NCBI GenBank assembly: GCA_013140805.1
Contig: JABFRW010000052.1
Span: 371-64,370 of the forward strand
Origin: Candidatus Eiseniibacteriota bacterium
Lineage (GTDB): Bacteria; Eisenbacteria; RBG-16-71-46
Reading direction: 5' to 3'
Length of the DNA: 64,000 bases
Part shown: one piece after another, positions 57,842 to 64,000 of the stretch
How the letters are laid out: every line of letters begins with the position of its first letter
How positions within the stretch are numbered: the stretch's first letter is position 1
Notes under the pieces: generated by a model
What the model saw: only the letters and a program-made list of their open reading frames with translations
What the model was told of the DNA's origin: nothing
Database searches by the model: none
Position numbers and translations under genes: made by a program

Positions 57842-59533
57842 CGATCGTGCTGCGTGCGAGCGAAGCTCCCGTGCGGCGAGTGCCGGCGCCAGCGGCCCCA
57901 GCTCGAGCCAGATCACGGTGAAGCCGTCGGCGGTGCGAAAGCGGCGCTCCTGAATGGCCCCGAGCGTCGCGTGGGTGCGTGCCGCTCCCGGGCGCTCGGC
58001 GATCTCGACCCATGCGGGCCACGCGCGATCCGAATCGCGAAGCGCGAGCAGCACGAAGCGGAACTCGTGCAATCGTCGAAGCGGCGAAACCTCATCGGGC
58101 GTGAGCGCCAGCTGAAGGACCGGGCGCTCGAGCGGCCACGCGAGCAGGGGACCGAGGTTCGACATCACCGTCGCGCCGGCCGGCGCGCGCTGCACGAGCA
58201 GGTCCGCGATCGATCGCAGCGACTCGGTCGACGGCACCACGCGCGCATCGAGTGCGCGTTGCGCGGCGCGATTGCCCTCGCTGCTCTGCCGGACGCCCCA
58301 GCCGAGCGCCAGCACGGCAACGCTCGCGATCAGCAGGTTGCGAGCGCGTGCGCCCAACATCGCATCGGGTGCCCGGCTCAGCAGTCCGACGAGCGAGAGC
58401 CACCCCGCAGCTTCGAGCGGCAGCCGGCTCGGGAACATCTCGCGCGGCCACGGAAGCGTAACCGCGGCGGCGACGACTCCGAGCGTCGCGGCGCCGAGGG
58501 CTGCGAGCACGGCCGCGACGAGCGCACGCGCCGGGCGTGCGATCACCAGCCACAGCACCAGAGAGCCGAACCACAAGCCGCGCAATCCCGTGAGTGACAG
58601 GAGCAACAACTCGGGCAGCTGTCTCGAGAGCTTCGCCGCGAGCAACGGAATGGCGTCCGCCCCGCGGTTCGAATCCCACGCCGGCGATCCGAAGGCACGC
58701 CACTTGTAGGTCCACCAGGGTGCGAGCGGAATCACGCCGCCGAGCACCGCGAGCGCCAGCACGCGTCGACGAGTCCCAGGCGCAGCGCTCCACGCGGCCG
58801 CGAGGATCGCGAGCGGGCCGAGCCACGCGATGCCGGGCCGGAACAGGCCGGTGACTCCCAGCACCACGCCGAACGCCAGCGGCCAGCGCGCTGCATGCCC
58901 GAGCGCGATCGCGAACAACAACGCGGTCCAGCCCAGTGTGAAAGGCAATTCGGGCAGCCCGTTCACCGCGAGGTGTTGTGCCTCAGGGTCGAGCCACACC
59001 AGCAACGCAGCGACAGAGGCGAGCAGCAGTCGCGGAACCCTCGATGTCGAAACTGCACCGGAGGCACCCCGGGCGACCGCGTTCGAGCCCGGTTCGCGGT
59101 ACGGCTCTCCGGGTGAGTCCGAGATTCGCAAGGTGCCGATGAACACCACGAGCCCGAGCAAGATGAAGCATGCAACCGGGCTTGCCAGCGTGAGCGGCGC
59201 GAGTGACTCAGGCGAGGTGCCGGCTCCGAACATGCGCGCGACCGTGAACAGAAGCGCCTCGACCAGCACCAGTCCCGGCTGCACAATCGCGAGCGGCCAC
59301 GGTGGCGCGGGGTGGCTCGCCAGCTCGATCGGCAGCGCGAAGAGAGTCGCGAGGCGGCCGTGAAGCGCCAGCTCGCGCGCGGCAATCGCGACCTGCGCCG
59401 CATCGCCATTGAGCAGCGGCGTGTGGCCGCCGAGGTCCCAGGCGCGCGCGTGAAGCCACCACGCGAGTCCGCCCATCGCACTCAGCAGAACGGCGAGCAG
59501 GCGGGCCGGCCACGACTTCCAGGTCGCCGTCAT
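57458..59533 (-). CDS. GT-C-fold (ArnT/PMT-like, GT39/83) polytopic membrane glycosyltransferase; 3' boundary uncertain because the open frame runs antisense through rlpA
   Basis: ~11 TM segments, first-loop '[14 protein letters not shown]' resembling the DE-motif loop. ORF remains open to 57458, overlapping the RlpA-like gene by ~380 bp. Confidence 0.6.
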   Translation of the reverse strand: MTATWKSWPARLLAVLLSAMGGLAWWLHARAWDLGGHTPLLNGDAAQVAIAARELALHGRLATLFALPIELASHPAPPWPLAIVQPGLVLVEALLFTVARMFGAGTSPESLAPLTLASPVACFILLGLVVFIGTLRISDSPGEPYREPGSNAVARGASGAVSTSRVPRLLLASVAALLVWLDPEAQHLAVNGLPELPFTLGWTALLFAIALGHAARWPLAFGVVLGVTGLFRPGIAWLGPLAILAAAWSAAPGTRRRVLALAVLGGVIPLAPWWTYKWRAFGSPAWDSNRGADAIPLLAAKLSRQLPELLLLSLTGLRGLWFGSLVLWLVIARPARALVAAVLAALGAATLGVVAAAVTLPWPREMFPSRLPLEAAGWLSLVGLLSRAPDAMLGARARNLLIASVAVLALGWGVRQSSEGNRAAQRALDARVVPSTESLRSIADLLVQRAPAGATVMSNLGPLLAWPLERPVLQLALTPDEVSPLRRLHEFRFVLLALRDSDRAWPAWVEIAERPGAARTHATLGAIQERRFRTADGFTVIWLELGPLAPALAARELRSHAARSLRRVGHHLDPDARHALSQEAEFAGRAPRHVDHASAAKRSAIVDAQEHARAIRKVRDLDAGAERQRAMRRGQLGLIEALPVRGAATLEVSRVVRSLADLGSTRQRLDRRTRTGAAVKDEGQGNDRAES

Positions 59534-59579
59534 GGCGGCAGAGTAGGGGGCGTGCCGAATCGTGTCGAGAGGTCGCGAA

Positions 59580-60434
59580 CTAGACGATGTCGATCGTCGG
59601 AACCGTCGGGATCGCACCGATCCGTACGGCACTCTCGTACAACTTCGCGAGCGCCTTGCGGCCCAGATCGCCCATGTCGAGCGTCAGGTCGTTGACGTAC
59701 ATGTGCACGAACTTCTTGCCCTGTGTCACGTCCAGTCCGCGTCCGAACTGAAGCGCATAGCGGATCGCTTCGTCCTCGTGGTCGAGCGCGTCCTGGATGC
59801 TGGCGCGAAAGCCGTCGCTGGCGGCTCGCATGAGTTCGGGGCCCAGGTCGCGCCGGATCACGTCGAGTCCGAGCGGAACCGGCAGGCCGTCCCGTTCCTC
59901 CCACAGCTCGCCGAAGTCGAGGACCTTGACGAGGCCCTCGTCGCGATACGTGAGCTGGCTCTCGTGAATGATCACGCCGGCTTCGACTTCGCCCGCGAGC
60001 ACCGCGCCCGGGATGCGATCGAACATGACATCGACCGGAATGCAATCGGGGCACTCGATCTTGAGCAGCAGCGCCGCGGTGGTGAGCGGCCCCGGGATCG
60101 CGACACGCTTGCCGTGCAGCGACTTCATGTTGCGTGCCTCGCGCGCCACCACCAGCGGCCCGTAGCCCTGACCCATCGAGGCGCCGCAGCGCATCACCGC
60201 GAATCGATCGGTGAGAAATGCGTAGGCGTGCGCCGACACCGCGGTGATCTCGAGGTCGCCGTGTTCGAGTGCCCGACGATTGAGTGATTGAATGTCCTGC
60301 AGCACGTGTTCCACGCGGCAGCCGGCGATCTGGGCGCGGCCGGTGTGGAAGCCGTAGAACATGTAGGCGTCGTCGGCGTCGGGGCTGTGGCCGAAACGAA
60401 GAGTTCGCAGGGTCGTGCCGGGCGAGGTGGTCAT
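59580..60434 (-). CDS. mqnD: 1,4-dihydroxy-6-naphthoate synthase MqnD (futalosine pathway)
   Basis: 'LRFGHSPDADDAYMFYG...LQDIQSLNRRALEHGDLEITAVSAHAY' matches the MqnD 'SPCPNDTF...VLEDVETLN' pattern. Confidence 0.85.
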   Translation of the reverse strand: MTTSPGTTLRTLRFGHSPDADDAYMFYGFHTGRAQIAGCRVEHVLQDIQSLNRRALEHGDLEITAVSAHAYAFLTDRFAVMRCGASMGQGYGPLVVAREARNMKSLHGKRVAIPGPLTTAALLLKIECPDCIPVDVMFDRIPGAVLAGEVEAGVIIHESQLTYRDEGLVKVLDFGELWEERDGLPVPLGLDVIRRDLGPELMRAASDGFRASIQDALDHEDEAIRYALQFGRGLDVTQGKKFVHMYVNDLTLDMGDLGRKALAKLYESAVRIGAIPTVPTIDIV

Positions 60435-60489
60435 GTGAGCGCTCCCAAGGGTCAAGAGTCGCGCAGGATAGCGCACACGCGGCCGTGGC

Positions 60490-60954
60490 TCACACGCGAG
60501 GTGCGAGATAGTCCGCAAGTCGTGCGAGTGCTCGCGGCCAGGCCGCGCGGTACTGCTCGGCGATCGGTTCGTAGTCGGGCCGCGCCGGCAGGGTGTGCGT
60601 GACGCGCAGCCGGCAGGCCCCGCCGACTGCACCCTTCGGATCGAGCCGGAACTCGACGCGGCCCGCGTAGCCGCTCGAGTCCGCTGCCGAGCGTGGCGGG
60701 TAGCCCGCATGCCCGCCCTCGTAGGCGCAGGCCAGCGGCGGCTCGAATCCCGTCCAGGTCGCCTGAAACGGCAGCCCTGAGCGGCCGGGCCGCGTCCACT
60801 CGAGCGTCAGGCGGCCGCCGGCCCGCGGTTCGCTGACCGCCCAATCGCAGAACCAGGCCTGCAGATGGCGGCCCTCGGTCAGCACGTCGAACAGCCGCGC
60901 GGGCGGGGCCGCGAGCGTCCGATCGAAGGCGAGAACCTGTTCGGGGTGCGTCAT
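60490..60954 (-). CDS. SRPBCC (START/Aha1-like) domain protein
   Basis: 154 aa with the typical 'RLFDVLTE...LQAWF' start of an SRPBCC fold. Confidence 0.75.
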   Translation of the reverse strand: MTHPEQVLAFDRTLAAPPARLFDVLTEGRHLQAWFCDWAVSEPRAGGRLTLEWTRPGRSGLPFQATWTGFEPPLACAYEGGHAGYPPRSAADSSGYAGRVEFRLDPKGAVGGACRLRVTHTLPARPDYEPIAEQYRAAWPRALARLADYLAPRV

Positions 60955-61039
60955 TCCTGCGCAGAGTAGCGCACCCGGACTTCAACCTTCGGCCCCGGCC
61001 CGGTGTCCAATCCCATGTTCGCGACCCATGACCTATCGT

Positions 61040-61058
61040 GTGCCCGGTGTCCGGGCAC
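61040..61058. promoter_or_regulatory. Palindrome GTGCCCGG-TGT-CCGGGCAC in the divergent promoter region upstream of the repeat-protein gene
   Basis: 8-bp perfect arms, 21 bp upstream of the start codon. Confidence 0.3.
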
Positions 61059-61078
61059 CTGACCGCGGGAGAAAACAC

Positions 61079-62173
61079 ATGTCGGTTCGGATCTTCCACG
61101 TCGCGCTGGTCGCGACCCTCCTCGCAGCGCCGCTCGCCGTGGCGCAGGCCGGGGGCTCGCACAGCGGAACCCACGTCAACTCGTCGAGCGGAGACGGACT
61201 GCCGCGCACGTCGTCCGGCGAGTGGTGGGTCGACCCGACATCGGATGCGTCGACTCTGCGGCTCGGGTTTCGAGTCGCACTCACCGGCAGCGGCACCAGC
61301 TGGAACACCATCGACGTCTCACTCGACCGGTTGCCGGGTCTCGATCGCCAGCTCCTCAAGGGCCGCGATGGCGCGACGAGCTTCGACATCAAGCGCGACG
61401 CTGGAACCTTCCACGCCACCGGCAAGTTCACCAAGCGCCGCGGTTCGGGTCGATTCACCTTCGAAGCCGATCCCGCCTACGCGCGCGAACTCGAGAAGCG
61501 TGGCATCGGCCGACCCGCCAGCGGGCAGCAGTTGACGCTCGCGATGCACGACGTGGGGCTCGCGTTCATCGACGCGCTGAGCGCGCAGCAGTACCCGCGA
61601 CCGACGGTCGACGTGCTGGTGCAGTTCGGATGGCACGGCGTGACGCGCGAATACGTCGACGGACTCGCGCGTCTGGGTCATCGGCTCGGCGAGCTCGGTG
61701 CGCTGATCGAGGCGCGCGATCACGGCGTGTCGCTCGACTACATCGCGGACATGCAGCGGCTCGGATTCGACAAGCTCTCGATCGAGGAGCTGATCGAGGC
61801 GCGCGACCACGGCGTGGGACCCGAGTATGTCGCCGCCATGACGGCGAGCGGGCGCGAGAAGCTCTCGATCGAGGAGCTGATCAAGGCGCGCGATCATGGC
61901 GTGGATGCCGAGTTCGCCGCCGAGCTGAGTGCCGCGGGGCTCAAGGACTTCGGCTACGAGGATCTGATTCGGGCCCGCGATCACGGGGTGGACGGCAACT
62001 TCGCCGCCGAACTGTCGACCGCCGGCTACGCGAACCTCACGCTCGATCAGCTGATCCGCGCACGCGACCACGGAGTGACGGGGCGCCAGGCGCGGAAGAT
62101 CAATGCGAAGCTCGGGCGGCGCACGACGTTCGACGAGCTGGTGCGGATCGTGGACCGCGGCGGGCTCGACTAG
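61079..62173 (+). CDS. Secreted protein with ~6-7 tandem ~37-aa repeats (consensus xLxELIxARDHGVxxE[FY]AAEL)
   Basis: Signal peptide 'MSVRIFHVALVATLLAAPLAVAQA'; repeats visible at protein and DNA level (period ~111 nt from ~61680 to 62100). Confidence 0.7.
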   Translation: MSVRIFHVALVATLLAAPLAVAQAGGSHSGTHVNSSSGDGLPRTSSGEWWVDPTSDASTLRLGFRVALTGSGTSWNTIDVSLDRLPGLDRQLLKGRDGATSFDIKRDAGTFHATGKFTKRRGSGRFTFEADPAYARELEKRGIGRPASGQQLTLAMHDVGLAFIDALSAQQYPRPTVDVLVQFGWHGVTREYVDGLARLGHRLGELGALIEARDHGVSLDYIADMQRLGFDKLSIEELIEARDHGVGPEYVAAMTASGREKLSIEELIKARDHGVDAEFAAELSAAGLKDFGYEDLIRARDHGVDGNFAAELSTAGYANLTLDQLIRARDHGVTGRQARKINAKLGRRTTFDELVRIVDRGGLD

Positions 62174-63330
62174 GCGCGCGAGCGCGAATTCTCGAGTGCC
62201 GCGCGCGCCTGCCCCTTCGCCGCCGCGCGGTCGCGGGAACGCTGCCACACCCGATCGCGCAACAGGTCGAGCCCCTCGCCCCGCAGCGCGGAGACGAACA
62301 CCGCACCCGGATACTCGGCGCGAATCGCCTCGAGCGCGGTCTCGTCGGTCACCGCGTCGATCTTGTTGAACACCAGCATCGAAGGCTGCGGAGTGACGAG
62401 CAACTCCTCCAGAACTCCGTCGACCGCGCCGATGTGATCGCGAAACGCGAGATCGGCCGCGTCCACCACGTGCAGCAGCAGGTCGGCCTCGAGCGTCTCG
62501 GCGAGCGTGCTGCGAAACGACGCCACCAGATGATGCGGCAGTTTGCGGATGAATCCGACCGTGTCGGTGAGCAGCGCCACGTCGCGCTCGGGGCTCACCA
62601 TCTGACGCGTGGTGGCATCGAGAGTCGCGAACAGACGGTCCTCGACGAACACCCGAGAGCGCGTGAGCGCATTGAACAACGTGCTCTTGCCGGCGTTCGT
62701 GTATCCGACCAGCGCGGCGCGGAACTCGCCGCGCCGTCGCCGTCGCTGGGTCTCGCGTTCACGCTCGACCGCGACCAGCTCGCGCTTGAGGCGTGCGATG
62801 CGATCGCGCACCAGCCGGCGATCGGTCTCGAGCTGGGTTTCGCCGGGGCCGCGCGTGCCGACGCCGCCCTCCTGACGCTCGAGGTGCTTCCACATGCCGG
62901 TCAGGCGCGGGAACGTGTACTCGAGCTGCGCCAGCTCCACCTGAAGCCGCGATTCGCGGCTGCGCGCGCGGCGCGCGAAGATGTCGAGGATCAGCTCGGA
63001 GCGATCGACCACTTTGCGGTCGATCGCCTTCTCGAGGTTTCGCACCTGGGCGGGCGAGAGGTCGTCGTCGAAGATCACGACGTCCACGTCGTGCGCTTCC
63101 GACAGCGCCTTCACTTCGGCGACCTTGCCCTTGCCGATGAAGGTGGCGGGATGGACCGAGCCGCGTCGCTGCGTGGCCTGCCCCATCACGATCGCACCCG
63201 CGGTGTCGGCGAGGCGCGCGAGTTCCTCGAGCGAGCGGCGCAGGTCTTCGGCGCTCCCGGTCGAATGTCCCACCAGGATGGCGCGCTCCTCGCGCGGCGG
63301 ATTGATGACTTCGAAGTGTTCGCGCTTCAT
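62170..63330 (-). CDS. hflX: GTPase HflX
   Basis: 'GYTNAGKSTLFNALT' G1 motif, HflX N-domain; start overlaps the upstream gene by 4 nt. Confidence 0.9.
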   Translation of the reverse strand: MKREHFEVINPPREERAILVGHSTGSAEDLRRSLEELARLADTAGAIVMGQATQRRGSVHPATFIGKGKVAEVKALSEAHDVDVVIFDDDLSPAQVRNLEKAIDRKVVDRSELILDIFARRARSRESRLQVELAQLEYTFPRLTGMWKHLERQEGGVGTRGPGETQLETDRRLVRDRIARLKRELVAVERERETQRRRRRGEFRAALVGYTNAGKSTLFNALTRSRVFVEDRLFATLDATTRQMVSPERDVALLTDTVGFIRKLPHHLVASFRSTLAETLEADLLLHVVDAADLAFRDHIGAVDGVLEELLVTPQPSMLVFNKIDAVTDETALEAIRAEYPGAVFVSALRGEGLDLLRDRVWQRSRDRAAAKGQARAALENSRSRA

Positions 63331-64000
63331 GCGGGGATCAGGATCTCCAGTTCGTAGGCGGCGGGGGTGAGGTTCTCGAAGCCGCCATCCGCACGCATCA
63401 CCACCGTGTCCTCGATGCGCACGCCGAGTCCGCGCGACGGGTAGTAGAGGCCCGGCTCGACCGTCACCACCATGCCCGGCTCCAGCTTGTCCAGATTGCT
63501 CGGCGGCCCGCCGAGCAGCGGGGCCTCGTGGATCGAAAGCCCGACGCCATGACCGAGGCTGTGCACGTAGCCTTCCTGCAGCGACGGATCCGTGCGGCGC
63601 GTGGCGTGGCCGCGCGCTTCGAAGACATCGCACACTTTTTCGTTCAACGAGCGACACGGTTCACCCACGCGCATTGCTCCCATCGCTTCGCGGAACGCCG
63701 AGTGCACGTCGTCCCACGCGCGTTTCACCGGTTCGGGCGCCACACCAACGCAGAACGTGCGCGTGAAGTCGCTGAAGTAGCCGCCGCCTGCTTCGCCCGG
63801 GAAGATGTCGACGATCACCGGTGCTCCGGGGCGCAACAGTTCTTCGTCGTTGCCGCGGTTGTGGGGAACGCCGGCGTCACGGCCCTGGGCCACGATGCTC
63901 TCGCCACCCTCGAGCCCGCGCGCCACGAATTCGCGGTGCAGCAGCGCGCGCAGATCGCCGAGTTTCACCGCGCGCATGCCGTCGACGACGGTTTCGCCGT
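63327..64000 (-). CDS. M24-family metallopeptidase (Xaa-Pro aminopeptidase/creatinase-like), 5' end beyond window
   Basis: 'HSLGHGVGLSIHE' metal-binding region; open frame continues past nt 64000. Confidence 0.8.
   Translation of the reverse strand, partial: GETVVDGMRAVKLGDLRALLHREFVARGLEGGESIVAQGRDAGVPHNRGNDEELLRPGAPVIVDIFPGEAGGGYFSDFTRTFCVGVAPEPVKRAWDDVHSAFREAMGAMRVGEPCRSLNEKVCDVFEARGHATRRTDPSLQEGYVHSLGHGVGLSIHEAPLLGGPPSNLDKLEPGMVVTVEPGLYYPSRGLGVRIEDTVVMRADGGFENLTPAAYELEILIPA

Noticed and set aside
61222-63357. 711-aa plus-strand ORF
   Set aside because: Alternative frame or antisense across the repeat-protein and hflX genes; hflX homology on the minus strand is unambiguous.

Overview
This is a high-GC (~70%) bacterial chromosomal window. 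It begins with the origin-proximal housekeeping cluster jag-mnmE-mnmG-[fhs]-rsmG-parA-parB, with two parS sites and a bactofilin gene directly after parB. The remainder is a mixed housekeeping and accessory region. Menaquinone (futalosine-pathway) genes are scattered through it: an UbiA/UbiX/UbiD-type trio (probably mqnP/L/M), mqnA, mqnD and two MqnC/MqnE radical-SAM genes. There is a lexA gene whose operator matches the Fibrobacteres-type LexA box TGCNC-N4-GTGCA. Similar boxes sit in front of a solo IS200-like Y1 transposase gene and a spore-photoproduct-lyase-like radical-SAM DNA-repair gene. The most striking feature is a family of four giant (~1,000-1,090 aa) secreted multidomain proteins. 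Each has a signal peptide, a PQQ-dependent sugar-dehydrogenase-like beta-propeller, PKD/Ig domains, a conserved His-cluster domain and a T9SS-type C-terminal sorting domain. Three of them form a tight tandem operon ending in an RlpA-like lipoprotein gene. T9SS C-terminal domains also occur on a CxxCH protein elsewhere in the window. Together with the Fibrobacteres-type LexA box this suggests an FCB-superphylum organism (Gemmatimonadota-like), but that is inference. Many long antisense or overlapping ORFs in the six-frame track are high-GC artefacts and were not called.
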